From Halorussus marinus (GTDB taxonomy: Archaea > Halobacteriota > Halobacteria > Halobacteriales > Haladaptataceae), in contig NZ_SBIV01000004.1 in the NCBI RefSeq assembly GCF_004765795.1, forward strand, positions 248,001-312,000: DNA of 64,000 nucleotides. Reading direction: 5' to 3'. The notes beneath the pieces were generated by a model. The model was given only the letters and a program-made list of their open reading frames with translations, was not told where the DNA came from and did no database searches. Both the position numbers and the translations under genes were made by a program. This document shows positions 37,593-49,370 of this stretch, one piece after another (position 1 is the first letter of the stretch; every line of letters starts with the position of its first letter).

Positions 37593-38687
37593 TCAAGCGT
37601 CGGCTATCTTGAGATCATCGAGTCGGGGAGTGTCCTGTATGCCTCCGAGAAGAACGAGTACAGTGAGTTGACTGCTGTTCTGGTTCGGCGCGTCTCCAGT
37701 TCGTAACTGAGCCGAATCGATCTCCTCGGACAACCAACGCTGGCCGTCTGCGATGGCCTGTTGATGAAGCCAGTCCGGCGGACCCGAAACCACCAGTAAT
37801 CCGCTGGTCGCGGAGGCGAGTGGGCAGTCAAACGTTAATCGGCCCCGAGCCGCCCGACGTAGCGTCGTCTCGACTGCCTTGATAGCCGAGACGTCGTCCA
37901 CGTCATCGTCGTCAGTAGACAGGCGTCCACGAAGACGACCGAGAAGCGACGAGTCACTCGACTGCCGATCCGGTTGCACGTCTTGGCGGGCGTACCCGAT
38001 CGTCGCGAGACCGCCCTCGTCGAGTGTCGAGATGATCTCGCTCGCGTCGACCACACGCTGGCCGACCGAGTCTCGAGTCACGGCCTCGCCGGCACTCAAT
38101 AGTGTCCCGATCCGTTCAGCGAGTTCGCGATTGAGCATTTCTGCGTCGTCTTCGAGAGAACTCTCCGAGTCGAACCAAGCGTCGTTGTCGAAGACCAGTT
38201 GCGCGTCGACTACGCTATGTGTGGTCTGGAGTCCGTGTGCCGGATTTTCTGGGGGAACCTCCTCGTGAGAGGCTGGGAGGACGGAGACCGTGTAGATAGG
38301 CCGATCGTACACCTCCCGAAGCGCTCGGGCGAGCGCAGGAGTCACACCAGATCCTGTGCCGCCGCCGAGTCCCGCGACGAGTATAATCGCGGCCGCATCA
38401 GAGGTGACGGCCGTATCGATGCGACGACGCATTTCGAGAATATCGTCTTCGATCGCAGTGATGGCTTTGGACCGGTCTCCGCCAGTACCCGTACCGCCGG
38501 TTTCGACGTGCCCGAACAGATGTCGCGCCTCTGGTGGGACAGATTCAAGCGCGGAAAGGGCCGTCTCGTCGGTGTCCAGAACGCGAGCCCCGACCAGATA
38601 CGAGGCCGAGCGAGTATCGCTATCACGCCAGAGCGCATCGACGATCCGCCCGCCTGCACCGCCGACGCCAATAGTCACAACGCGCAT
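37593..38687 (-). CDS. cetZ: CetZ-type tubulin/FtsZ-family GTPase
   Basis: IGVGGAGGRIVD, AGLGGGTGSG, VFDNDAW, VVDASEIISTL, GLATIGYA; start at MRVVTI. Confidence 0.88.
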   Translation of the reverse strand: MRVVTIGVGGAGGRIVDALWRDSDTRSASYLVGARVLDTDETALSALESVPPEARHLFGHVETGGTGTGGDRSKAITAIEDDILEMRRRIDTAVTSDAAAIILVAGLGGGTGSGVTPALARALREVYDRPIYTVSVLPASHEEVPPENPAHGLQTTHSVVDAQLVFDNDAWFDSESSLEDDAEMLNRELAERIGTLLSAGEAVTRDSVGQRVVDASEIISTLDEGGLATIGYARQDVQPDRQSSDSSLLGRLRGRLSTDDDDVDDVSAIKAVETTLRRAARGRLTFDCPLASATSGLLVVSGPPDWLHQQAIADGQRWLSEEIDSAQLRTGDAPNQNSSQLTVLVLLGGIQDTPRLDDLKIADA

Positions 38688-39249
38688 AGCAGGAACTTCA
38701 GAAAGTAAGTATAAAATAACTATCGTCAGTTTCACTTCTTCTTGTGAGCGACTTTCCAGCCAGCCCAAATGGGTTACGTGTCGCGGCGGCGCCGTCGCCT
38801 GCCGCGACGATGGTCATACACGGTATCGGACAGCGTCCGTGGAGTCCCTATTCTTCGACCGGTGTCGATGGCGCCGAACGGCGATTAACTGACATGGCGT
38901 GCCAGACCGAATGCCGACCGCCACGGAGTAGTTGTTAAACAAGTATCATAATATCGAGTCTACCAGACATCCTTGCCGGAGCATTCCCCAGCCATTGACA
39001 GTCGACCTCGCAAACAGATTGCTTCGGTCACCGACCATTACATACCGCCGAAGGGTGGTACGGTCACTTATAGTCGGAAACCGCCGTATCTGCCGTTTTC
39101 GTGCCACAATCGCGGAATTTTCTAAATGACTCAGAGCGCGCCAACACACCGCTTCTCGATATTTCCGCACACGAGTTGAATATAATACATGTGTGTGGTC
39201 GGCGGTGTTATGGATAATTTTTAATACGAAATCGGAGAGCTACCAGAGT

Positions 39250-40824
39250 ATGGCTCACCAGAGCGAACTCCTACTGCGTAACGGTGACGTTCATCTGTTC
39301 GACGACGACCGAACCGTCGCCGAGAGCGTCCTGTTTCGCGGCGACCGGATCGCCGCCGTCGGATCGACCGACGACGTCGAAAGCGCGGCGGACGACCCCG
39401 ACGTTGTCGACCTCGACGGTCGGACGGTACTGCCGGGGTTCAACGACGCACACACCCACATCCTCTCGGTCGGGATCCAACTGATCGAGACCGATCTCTC
39501 GGAGGCCGACGACAGGGAGCAAGCGCTGGCGATGCTTTCGGAAAATGCCCGAGACACCGCCGACGGAAACTGGGTCCTCGGGTTCGGCTACGACGAGAGT
39601 ACGTGGCCCGAAGGCGACCGGAGCTACCTGTCGCGGGCCGAACTCGACGGCGTCACCGAGACGAACCCCGTCGCGGTCACTCGTGTCGACGGCCACACGG
39701 TGTCGTTGAACTCGGAGGCTCTGGAGAAAGTCGACTTCGAAGGAGTTGAACACGACGTAATCACCGACGAGCAGGGCGACCCGACCGGCCGGGTCGTCGA
39801 AGACGCCGCGGGGCGGGTCAAGATAGCGTCGCGACCCGACGTCGAGAAAGCCCGCCGGGCGCTCGACGCCGCGATCACCAGATCCCACGAGCTGGGGATC
39901 ACGTCGGTCCAGACCATGGCCGGACTCACCGCCGTCAGGGACCACGGCAACCTCGTTCAGGAGACGCTCCAGAAGGCGTGGGAAGACGACGATCTCACCC
40001 TCCGGGTCACCTACTACGTCCACGCGTCCCAGGCGGAGTCGCTTTCGGACCTCGAACTCGCGCCCGGCTTCGGCGACGAGTACCTGCGCGTGGGCGGGCT
40101 GAAGACGTTCTCCGACGGGTCGCTGGGGTCCCGCACCGCCAAAATACACGGCGAGTACGCCGACGACCCGAGCACCGACGGCCAGATGGTCCACGACGGG
40201 GACGAACTCGAAGCCTGGTTCCGGGAGGCGGCGCGGGCCGACCAGCAGATCGCGACCCACGCTATCGGGGGACGGGCGATCGATATCGTCCTCGACCGGT
40301 ACGAGGCGGTCCTCGACGAGTACGAGATCGAGGAGCCGAGGCTCCGGGTCGAGCACGTCGAACTCGCGACCGACGAGGCGCTCGATCGGTTCGCCGATCA
40401 CGACATCGTCGCGAGCATGCAACCCAACTTCCTCCAGTGGTCCAAGCCCGACGGCCTGTACGAAGCCCGACTGGGGACGGACGCGCTCCCGACGAACAAC
40501 CGCTTCCGGGACATCGACGGGGCGGACGTTCCGCTAGCGTTCGGTAGCGACAAGATGCCGCCGGGTCCGCTGTACGGGATCCACCACGCGACGAATTCGG
40601 AGTACGATCCCCAACGCCTCGACGTCGATCGGGCGATCGCCGCCTACACCCGCGGGGCGGCGTACGCCGAACACGCCGAGGAGTTCAAGGGGACCTTAGA
40701 GCCCGGGAAGCTCGCCGACGCCGTGGTCCTCGGTCGGGACCCGTTCGAACACCGGGCGGAGATCGAGGAGATCGACGTGGAGCTGACGATCGTCGGCGGG
40801 GAGGTCGTCTACGAGAGCTCGTAG
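39250..40824 (+). CDS. Metal-dependent amidohydrolase (YtcJ-like)
   Basis: PGFNDAHTH, KTFSDGSLGSRTA, THAIG, RVEHVE, GTLEPGKLAD. Confidence 0.9.
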   Translation: MAHQSELLLRNGDVHLFDDDRTVAESVLFRGDRIAAVGSTDDVESAADDPDVVDLDGRTVLPGFNDAHTHILSVGIQLIETDLSEADDREQALAMLSENARDTADGNWVLGFGYDESTWPEGDRSYLSRAELDGVTETNPVAVTRVDGHTVSLNSEALEKVDFEGVEHDVITDEQGDPTGRVVEDAAGRVKIASRPDVEKARRALDAAITRSHELGITSVQTMAGLTAVRDHGNLVQETLQKAWEDDDLTLRVTYYVHASQAESLSDLELAPGFGDEYLRVGGLKTFSDGSLGSRTAKIHGEYADDPSTDGQMVHDGDELEAWFREAARADQQIATHAIGGRAIDIVLDRYEAVLDEYEIEEPRLRVEHVELATDEALDRFADHDIVASMQPNFLQWSKPDGLYEARLGTDALPTNNRFRDIDGADVPLAFGSDKMPPGPLYGIHHATNSEYDPQRLDVDRAIAAYTRGAAYAEHAEEFKGTLEPGKLADAVVLGRDPFEHRAEIEEIDVELTIVGGEVVYESS

Positions 40825-40898
40825 GTCGAGTCGAGACGGCGCTCGAGACGCTTTTTGACACAACCTTGATAACGATGTGCACAAGTTAACGAATTACA

Positions 40899-41903
40899 AT
40901 GAGCTCGTCGACAGAACAAGGCCGCGACGGTCGAGAGAACGCCGACACGCTTCTGGAAGTCTCGGACCTGGTCACGCAGTTCGAAACGTATCGCGGGACG
41001 GTCGAAGCGCTCGACGAGGTGTCGCTGACGGTCGGAGAAAACGAGATCGTCGGGATCGTCGGCGAGAGCGGGTGCGGAAAGTCCGTCACGGTCCGTTCGA
41101 TCCTCCAACTGATTCGGGAGCCGGGCCGGATCGTCGGCGGCGAGGTGGCGTATCACGGCCGGGACCTCCTCGAGTTGTCCGACAAGCAGATGCGCGACGA
41201 GATCCGGGGGACCGAGCTGGCGATGATCTTTCAGAACCCCACGAACGCGCTCAACCCCGCGTACACCGTCGGCCACCAGATCGCCGAAGTCGCACGGGAG
41301 GTCAGAGGGGTAGGCGACGAGGAGGCGAGATCGCGCGCGATCGAGCTGATGGACGACGTCGGGATTCCGAAAGCCGAGGAGCGCTACGGCGACTACCCCC
41401 ACGAGTTCTCGGGCGGGATGAAACAGCGGGTCCTGATCGCGAAGTCGCTCGCCTGCCAGCCAAACCTCCTGATCGCCGACGAACCGACGACCGCCCTCGA
41501 CAAGACGACCGAGGCCCAACTGCTCGATCTGGTCGACGAGATGCGCGAGGAGTACGGGCTCTCCGTGCTGATAATCACCCACGACCTGCGGGTGATCTCG
41601 CGGCTCTGCGATCGGGTCGTCGTCATGTACGCGGGCCAGATCGTCGAGACCGGCTCGACCCGCGACGTGATCAAGAACCCGGTCCACCCCTACACGAAGG
41701 GGCTGGTCGAGGCGATCCCGCGCCTCGGCGACGAGCAGACCGACCTCGAGTCGATCGACGGCACCGTCCTCGACCTCGTCGATCCGAACTCCGGGTGTCG
41801 GTTCTACGAGCGGTGCCCGATCGCACAGGAGCACTGCCGGGACGAAAAGCCCGCCCTCGAAGAGAAAGAGCCCGAACAGTACGCCGCGTGTTTCGAGGTG
41901 TGA
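40899..41903 (+). CDS. dppD: Dipeptide/oligopeptide ABC transporter ATP-binding protein
   Basis: [28 protein letters not shown]-terminal GCRF..RC. Confidence 0.92.
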   Translation: MSSSTEQGRDGRENADTLLEVSDLVTQFETYRGTVEALDEVSLTVGENEIVGIVGESGCGKSVTVRSILQLIREPGRIVGGEVAYHGRDLLELSDKQMRDEIRGTELAMIFQNPTNALNPAYTVGHQIAEVAREVRGVGDEEARSRAIELMDDVGIPKAEERYGDYPHEFSGGMKQRVLIAKSLACQPNLLIADEPTTALDKTTEAQLLDLVDEMREEYGLSVLIITHDLRVISRLCDRVVVMYAGQIVETGSTRDVIKNPVHPYTKGLVEAIPRLGDEQTDLESIDGTVLDLVDPNSGCRFYERCPIAQEHCRDEKPALEEKEPEQYAACFEV

Positions 41904-41906
41904 TTC

Positions 41907-42932
<1,026 letters not shown>

Positions 42933-42983
42933 GACCCGGTTGTTCGGCCCCGAACTGGGTTGGCCGGTTCGTTCGACGAATCG

Positions 42984-43808
42984 TCAGCCGTTTCGATAGT
43001 CGTTCGCGACGGTGCTCGCGTCGGCGAACGTGATCTCGGGGTCGGCCTTCAGCGTCTCCAAGAGCGCTTCGAGGTGCGAGACGAACGGGGCCCGACCCGC
43101 ACACTGGGGGTGGAGCAACAGGACGAAGACGCCGTCGTCGACGTTGCGTTTCATCCACTCGATCTCGGCGCGCCAGCGGTCGAACACCGCTTGCTCTTGG
43201 GAGTACCCGACCCACTCGGGTCCGGTGACGACCGGGAACAGTTGCATCCAGTCGTCGCGGTGCCACACCAGCGGCACCTCCACGAGGTCGGATTTCGGCC
43301 CGCGCTCGTAGGGCTCTTCGAGGGTGGGTCGGGGATCTTTCGTGAGCGTGTACGGCCGGAAGTCGTGGGCGCTGTCGCTCGAATCCCACTCGAAGTCGAG
43401 CTCTTCGAGGATGTCGATCGTGTGTTCGGAGAAACTCCCGTCGGGGGTGCGATAGCCCGTCGGACGTTCGCCGGTCAGATCGACGATGCTCTCGATGCCG
43501 CGTTCTATGTCTGCCTTCTCGGCCTCTCGATCCGCGAAGTCGTTCGGCGAGCGGTGGGTCCAGCCGTGGTGTTGGATCTCGTGGCCCCGATCGTGCACGT
43601 CGCCACAGATTTCGGGGAAGCTCTCGATGGTGTGGCCCGGGACGAACCACGTCGAGGGGACGTCGTACCGGTCGTGGAGATCGAGGAGTCGCGGCGTCGC
43701 CACCTCGGCGCCGTACACGCCCCACGACGCGAACCCGGGCATGTCGTACGAGAGCCACGCCGCGACCGCGTCGAGGTCGTACGTGAGACAGACCGTCGAA
43801 TCGCCCAT
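42984..43808 (-). CDS. Polysaccharide deacetylase family protein (PuuE/PgdA-like CE4)
   Basis: TYDLD, TWFVPG, HEIQHHGWTH, GYRTP, LLLHPQ. Confidence 0.88.
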   Translation of the reverse strand: MGDSTVCLTYDLDAVAAWLSYDMPGFASWGVYGAEVATPRLLDLHDRYDVPSTWFVPGHTIESFPEICGDVHDRGHEIQHHGWTHRSPNDFADREAEKADIERGIESIVDLTGERPTGYRTPDGSFSEHTIDILEELDFEWDSSDSAHDFRPYTLTKDPRPTLEEPYERGPKSDLVEVPLVWHRDDWMQLFPVVTGPEWVGYSQEQAVFDRWRAEIEWMKRNVDDGVFVLLLHPQCAGRAPFVSHLEALLETLKADPEITFADASTVANDYRNG

Positions 43809-43959
43809 ACCGGCCAGTACGTGTAATAATAGTAAAATTTTTCGGCGGCGTAGGAGAAGTCGGTCGTTGAGGATTATTACTTATATCTTTATTCATACTC
43901 GTCGGTACCATGTGTAATATTGCCAAGGCTTTATAGGGGTCGCGCGTGCGTCGTGTGAT

Positions 43960-45672
43960 ATGGTGTCGCATAACGAGAAACGCTCGCAGGAGTCGTCCGA
44001 TGGATCGCGACGGTGGTTTCTGAAGACGGTCGGAGCGGGGACGACCGTCGCGCTCGCGGGCTGTACCGGGAGTGACGAACCGAGCGGCGAGAGCACCGAT
44101 TCGGAGCCGGCCGGAACCGACGACCAGCAGAACGTCGACGACGCCGACTCGGAGATGCAGTCGGACGCGGTCACGTACGTCAACGCGAAAACCCAACCGC
44201 TCGCGCACCTCGATCCCCACGCGATCAACGACGGGACGATGGTACAGCTCGGACTCGTGTACGACCAGCTCCTTGATTACGCGCAGGGGGACCCGACGAC
44301 GATACGGCCGGGGCTCGCGACCGACTGGGAGTCCCAGAACGGCGGCGAAGAGTGGGTGTTGACCCTCCGGGAAAACGTGACGTTCGACGACGGCACGCAG
44401 TTCGACGCGTACGCCGCCCGGCGGTCGCTCGAACGGGCCAAGAACCTCACGGCCGGCCAGTCGAAGCCCTACGACTGGATCGACAGCGTCGAGGAGACCG
44501 GCGACTACGAGATCACGGTCCACTGCGACGGCGCGTTCGGGCCCGCTCCGGCCGCGCTCACGTTCATCACGACGAGCGTGATCAACCCGACGGTGATGGA
44601 CGAACACCAGGACGACGACAAGCTCGGTCACGAGTACTTCCAGCAGAACGTCCACGGCACGGGACCGTTCAAGTTAGAGTCGTGGGACAAGGGCAACGAC
44701 TTCGTCGCGACGCGAAAGGAGGGCCACTGGCGCGACGAGGCGAGCGATCTGCCGGACAACCTCGCGATTCCCGACGACGCGAACATCGAGGAGTACCGCA
44801 ACAACATCGTCCGGGAACAGCTGACCCAGAAACAGCAACTGGCGCAGGGCGACATCGACCTCCCGCGGGACCTGACGTGGACGAACATCCAGGAGGTCGT
44901 CCAGGAAGACGGGGTCGAACTCTACGAGGGGCCGCCGGACCTCTACAACAAGTACGTGTTCATGATGTGCCAGCGCGAGCCGACGAGCGACGTCCAGTTC
45001 CGGAAGGCGCTGGCCTACGCCGCCGACTACGAGGGGATCGCGAAGGAACTGATCGGCACGGCGATCCCGTGGGGCACCCCGTGGCCCGAGGGGATCTGGC
45101 CTCGCGTCACGGACGGTCAGTACCAGCGGAACCTCGAAAAGGCCAAACAGCACCTCGAACAGTCGGCCTACAGCGGCGAGGAGCTGACGTTCCGGTCGAT
45201 CAAGGGGCCCGAAAACGACAAGGTCGGCGAGGCGCTCGTCGCGAACTTCAAGGAGATCGGCGTGACCGTCGACCACGAGGACATCCCGTGGGCCGATCTG
45301 TACGAACAGCTCACGTCCGCGGAGACGATGCCCGATCTCCTCATGTACAACGGCTGGCCGGACTACGCCGACCCCAACGGACCGGCCATCCGATACTGGG
45401 GCGAGTACTGGCCCGCCGACGGGTGGAACACCGCCTACTACCAGAACGACGAGTACGACGAGATGTTCATAGAGGCGCGCAGTTCCGGCGACCGCAAACA
45501 GCGCGAAAAACTCTACAAGCAAATGCAGGAGATCCTTCTGGACGAGGTGCCGATCATCTGGCTCTTCCAGAACAAGTGGGTGCGCGCCCACCGCGCGGAG
45601 ATCTCGAACCTCACCTACACGCCCGGGGACAACAACTACGTCCCGGTCCACCAGTTCCACAAGGACACCTGA
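43960..45672 (+). CDS. dppA: Peptide ABC transporter substrate-binding Tat lipoprotein
   Basis: SRRWFLK Tat motif, LAGC lipobox, LRENVTFDDGT, GTGPFKL. Confidence 0.9.
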   Translation: MVSHNEKRSQESSDGSRRWFLKTVGAGTTVALAGCTGSDEPSGESTDSEPAGTDDQQNVDDADSEMQSDAVTYVNAKTQPLAHLDPHAINDGTMVQLGLVYDQLLDYAQGDPTTIRPGLATDWESQNGGEEWVLTLRENVTFDDGTQFDAYAARRSLERAKNLTAGQSKPYDWIDSVEETGDYEITVHCDGAFGPAPAALTFITTSVINPTVMDEHQDDDKLGHEYFQQNVHGTGPFKLESWDKGNDFVATRKEGHWRDEASDLPDNLAIPDDANIEEYRNNIVREQLTQKQQLAQGDIDLPRDLTWTNIQEVVQEDGVELYEGPPDLYNKYVFMMCQREPTSDVQFRKALAYAADYEGIAKELIGTAIPWGTPWPEGIWPRVTDGQYQRNLEKAKQHLEQSAYSGEELTFRSIKGPENDKVGEALVANFKEIGVTVDHEDIPWADLYEQLTSAETMPDLLMYNGWPDYADPNGPAIRYWGEYWPADGWNTAYYQNDEYDEMFIEARSSGDRKQREKLYKQMQEILLDEVPIIWLFQNKWVRAHRAEISNLTYTPGDNNYVPVHQFHKDT

Positions 45673-45691
45673 TCTCGTGGCACTTATTTAA

Positions 45692-46711
45692 ATGAAATTC
45701 CGCACGTATCTCGTACGTCGATTAGTGGCGATGGCGGTGACGTTCTGGGGCATCCTGACGCTCGTGTTCGTCATCGCCCGCGTGGTGCCCGGCAATCCGG
45801 CCGCGGTCATCGCGGGCTCGAAAGCCACCGAGGAACAGATCGCACAGATCCGGGAGACGTACGGGCTGGACGATCCGCTCCACGAGCAGTACGTCGACTT
45901 CATCGTGGATCTGGTGCTCCACCAGGATCTGGGGATGTCGATCGCGACCCAGCGGCCGGTCGCCCAAGAGATCGCCCAGCGGTTTCCGGCGACGTTCGAA
46001 CTCACGACGTTGGCGGTCGTCTTCGCGCTGACGATCGGGATCCCGCTCGGCATCGCGTCGGCGATTCACAAAGACGAGCCCGTCGACCACGGCTCGCGAC
46101 TGGTGGCGATCAGCGGCGTCTCGATCCCGCAGTTCTGGATCGCGATACTCGCACAGCTGTTCTTCTACTACCAGCTCGGGTGGCTCCCGTCGGGCGGACG
46201 ATTCACCAGCCAGATGACGCCGCCGCCGAACGTGACCGGGCTCTACCTCGTCGACAGCCTGCTCGCGCTCGACTTCGGAGCGTTCGTCACCTCGTTCACG
46301 CATCTGTTGCTACCCGCGGCGGTGCTCTCGCTGGGAACGCTCGCCCAGACGACCAGGATCATGCGCTCGTCGATGATCGAGACGCTGAACACCGACTACA
46401 TCGAGTGGTCGCGGGCCCACGGGTTCCGGTCGAGGATCATCCTCCTGCGCCACGCGCTCAGGAACGCGGTCATGCCGACGATCACCGCGGTCGGGCTCTC
46501 GTACGGCCTGTTGCTCGGCGGATCGGTCGTCATCGAGATCGTGTTCAACATCCGCGGGCTGGGCCTGTTCCTCTACAACGCCGTCATCAGCACCGACTTC
46601 AACGGGATACTCGGCGTGACGATCGTGTTCGCGCTCGGGTATCTCATCGTCAACTTCGTCGTCGACGTGCTACACAGCTACATCAATCCGGAAGTCGAGT
46701 TGGGTGAGTGA
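45692..46711 (+). CDS. dppB: Peptide ABC transporter permease
   Basis: PGNPA, RFPATFEL, HALRNA, VVIEIVF. Confidence 0.92.
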   Translation: MKFRTYLVRRLVAMAVTFWGILTLVFVIARVVPGNPAAVIAGSKATEEQIAQIRETYGLDDPLHEQYVDFIVDLVLHQDLGMSIATQRPVAQEIAQRFPATFELTTLAVVFALTIGIPLGIASAIHKDEPVDHGSRLVAISGVSIPQFWIAILAQLFFYYQLGWLPSGGRFTSQMTPPPNVTGLYLVDSLLALDFGAFVTSFTHLLLPAAVLSLGTLAQTTRIMRSSMIETLNTDYIEWSRAHGFRSRIILLRHALRNAVMPTITAVGLSYGLLLGGSVVIEIVFNIRGLGLFLYNAVISTDFNGILGVTIVFALGYLIVNFVVDVLHSYINPEVELGE

Positions 46712-46716
46712 TACGT

Positions 46717-47631
46717 ATGGCTTCACAAGACGCGACGTCACCGACGCAGCGCTCGTTCACCGACAGATACCGAGGCGTCATCGAGGCGTTCCGACGGTCG
46801 TTCTACATCCTCGGCCGGAATCGGCTCACGATCGTCGGCATCGGGATGGTGCTGTTCATCGCCCTGATCGGACTGCTCGCGCCCGTGATCGCCCCGTACC
46901 CCAGCCACGTCGGGTCGGTGACCGAGTTCGGCCAGTCGCTCCAACCGCCCTCGAGCGAACATCTGTTCGGGACCGACCGGCTCGGTCGGGACATCTTCTC
47001 GCGGGTCCTGTTCGGGGCGCGGATCTCGATGAAGATCGCGGTGTTCGTCGTCGGCGCCGCGCTCAGCATCGGCATCCCGCTCGGCCTCGCGGCGGGCTAC
47101 ATCGGCGGGCGCGTCGAGATGCTCATCATGCGCGTCACCGACATCTTCGTCTCGATCCCCCGGTTGATCCTCCCCGTCGCGGTCGCGGGGGCGCTGGGGC
47201 CGAGTCTCGAGAACGTCATGCTGGCGCTCATCGTCACCTGGTGGCCGTGGTACGTCCGATTGCTCCGGAGCGAAGTGAAGGAGGTAAAAGAGTCCGAGTA
47301 CATCCAGGCCATCGAAGGCCTCGGCGCCAGTCGGCTCCGGGTCATGTTCGTCCACCTGTTGCCAAACAGCCTCACGAGCCTCCTCGTGCAGGCCACGATG
47401 GACATGGGCTGGGTCATCCTCGTCGCGGCGTCGCTGTCGTTCATCGGCATCGGCGCCTCCCCGCCGACCCCCGAGTGGGGACTCATGGTGGCCCGCGGGC
47501 GGGAGTTCATGCCGACCCACTGGTGGTTCTCCGTGTTCCCCGGGCTGTTCATCTTCATCAACGTGATGGGGTTCAACCTGATCGGGGACGGCCTCCGGGA
47601 CATCCTCGATCCGAAGTCCCGGATGGAGTGA
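46717..47631 (+). CDS. dppC: Peptide ABC transporter permease
   Basis: HLFGTDRLGRDIFSR, HLLPN, PEWGLM, GDGLRDILDP. Confidence 0.92.
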   Translation: MASQDATSPTQRSFTDRYRGVIEAFRRSFYILGRNRLTIVGIGMVLFIALIGLLAPVIAPYPSHVGSVTEFGQSLQPPSSEHLFGTDRLGRDIFSRVLFGARISMKIAVFVVGAALSIGIPLGLAAGYIGGRVEMLIMRVTDIFVSIPRLILPVAVAGALGPSLENVMLALIVTWWPWYVRLLRSEVKEVKESEYIQAIEGLGASRLRVMFVHLLPNSLTSLLVQATMDMGWVILVAASLSFIGIGASPPTPEWGLMVARGREFMPTHWWFSVFPGLFIFINVMGFNLIGDGLRDILDPKSRME

Positions 47632-47831
47632 TCCGGTCGCCGTTCGGGCCCGTTTTTCGCGGCGGCATCTCGCGGTGGACCGCGCCATCGGGTCCAGTTC
47701 CACGAGAAACGAGCTAGCAGTACAGTACTCTCTCGGCGGTGTCGAGTCGACGCCGGGCACTTCGGCGGGATTTTTCCCGTTCGGTCGTCGTGATCGAGAG
47801 CAGGGCGCGCCGACCGGGAAATCGTTCGGGA

Positions 47832-48035
47832 TCAGTCGCGAGTGGGACTCGACCGCGTCAGCGCGCCGTCACAACGCGGACACGTCGACGGAACCTCCGC
47901 GTCGATCTCGACGGTGTAGCCACAGTCCGTGCAGGCACAGGTCTCGGACTGTCCGCGGTCCGCGGGGACGGTGTTTCCGTGCGGGTTCGCCGTGGGGTGG
48001 TCGAGCCCGATCGGCGGGGCGTCGCTCGTGGCCAT
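47832..48035 (-). CDS. Small CxxC...CPxC zinc-finger protein
   Basis: CTDCG...CPRCDG in 67 aa; AT-rich element about 25-30 bp upstream. Confidence 0.65.
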   Translation of the reverse strand: MATSDAPPIGLDHPTANPHGNTVPADRGQSETCACTDCGYTVEIDAEVPSTCPRCDGALTRSSPTRD

Positions 48036-48210
48036 ACAGGACGGGACGGTCCGAGCCCGTAAATATGTTCCATAGCCGACGACACATACTTTCGGCGCGC
48101 GTATTATTCCGATTAATCGGCGCGGCGGATCGCCGAGATACTCTTCAAATATATACGATATTTTATATAAGGATAGTTTTTAGCATGCGCGTGATGTGTA
48201 CACCCACGGA

Positions 48211-49329
48211 ATGGCTCACAGCATGGGGGAACGCGACAGTTCGGGGGGATCAAGCGCCGAACGGTCGTCGACGGTCAGTCGGCGGACAGTGCTCGCATCG
48301 GGGGCGGCCGTGCTCGGCGGAACGATCGCCGGCTGTGTCGGCGCCGGCGGTAGCCAAGACGCCACGACGAACGTCGCGATCGTCTCGAGCCCGGCGGGGT
48401 TCGACGACAACGCGTTCAACGACCTCGCGCTCGAAGGGCTCCGGAGCGCCGCCGAGGAGTACGACGTCGAGATCAATCGGGTCGAGGAGACCGAGCAGGC
48501 CCAGTACCAGTCGACCCAGTCCCAGCTCGCCCAGAGTGGCGACTACGACCTCATCGTGCTGGTCTCGTACAACCACACCGAGGCGCTGACCCAGAACGCC
48601 GTCGACTACCCGGACCAGAACTGGATGCTCATCAACGACTACGTCGACGAGCCCAACGTCGCCGGCTACACCTGGGCGAACCACCAGATGTCGTATCTGG
48701 CGGGCGTCCTCGCCGGGACGATGACGACCGAAGAACTGGACCACGAGGGGGGTTCGACGGCCCCGGAGACCGCGCAGGTCGGGTTCGTCGGCGGCGAGGA
48801 CGGCTCGCTGATCAACGCCTTCGAGCGGTCGTACGTCGCCGGCGCAGAGTGGGTGAACGGCGACGTCGAGGTGAACGTCGGCTACATCGGCAACTACACC
48901 GACACGAGCACCGCGGCCGACATCGCGAGCTCGCAGTACGACGACGGCGCGGACATCGTCTACCACGCCGCGGCGGCCGCCGGCCGAGGCGTCTTCGAGG
49001 CCGCACAGGAGAACGGCCGGTTCGCGATCGGGGTCGACGCCGACCAGTCGCGGACGCTCCCCGATTTCCAGGACGTCATCCTCGGCTCGGCGGTCAAGTA
49101 CATAAACGAGGGGACCCGCGAGGTCGCCGCGGCGGTCGCCGAGGGCGACTTCGAGAGCGTCGCGGGCGCCAACACGCTGGGGCTCGAAGACGAGGCCGTC
49201 GACTGCGTCATCGGGCAGGCGTTCGATGGCCAACTGCCCGACGCGGTCGGAAAGAACCTCGAGGAGGCAAAACAGGCCATCGTCGACGGCGACGTCGAGG
49301 TGCCGTGTACCGCCGCCGGATGCGAGTGA
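48211..49329 (+). CDS. BMP-family (nucleoside-type) ABC substrate-binding Tat lipoprotein
   Basis: SRRTVL, IAGC lipobox, FDDNAFN, GADIVYHAA, AIGVDADQ. Confidence 0.9.
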   Translation: MAHSMGERDSSGGSSAERSSTVSRRTVLASGAAVLGGTIAGCVGAGGSQDATTNVAIVSSPAGFDDNAFNDLALEGLRSAAEEYDVEINRVEETEQAQYQSTQSQLAQSGDYDLIVLVSYNHTEALTQNAVDYPDQNWMLINDYVDEPNVAGYTWANHQMSYLAGVLAGTMTTEELDHEGGSTAPETAQVGFVGGEDGSLINAFERSYVAGAEWVNGDVEVNVGYIGNYTDTSTAADIASSQYDDGADIVYHAAAAAGRGVFEAAQENGRFAIGVDADQSRTLPDFQDVILGSAVKYINEGTREVAAAVAEGDFESVAGANTLGLEDEAVDCVIGQAFDGQLPDAVGKNLEEAKQAIVDGDVEVPCTAAGCE

Positions 49330-49370
49330 CGCCCCGATCGTCAGACTACCGCCGATGACAGCCCCCGATC

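Noticed and set aside
38780..38808. GC-rich hairpin gtcgcggcggcgccgtcgcctgccgcgac upstream of cetZ
   Set aside because: Single copy, plausible by chance at this GC content; no supporting RNA-gene features
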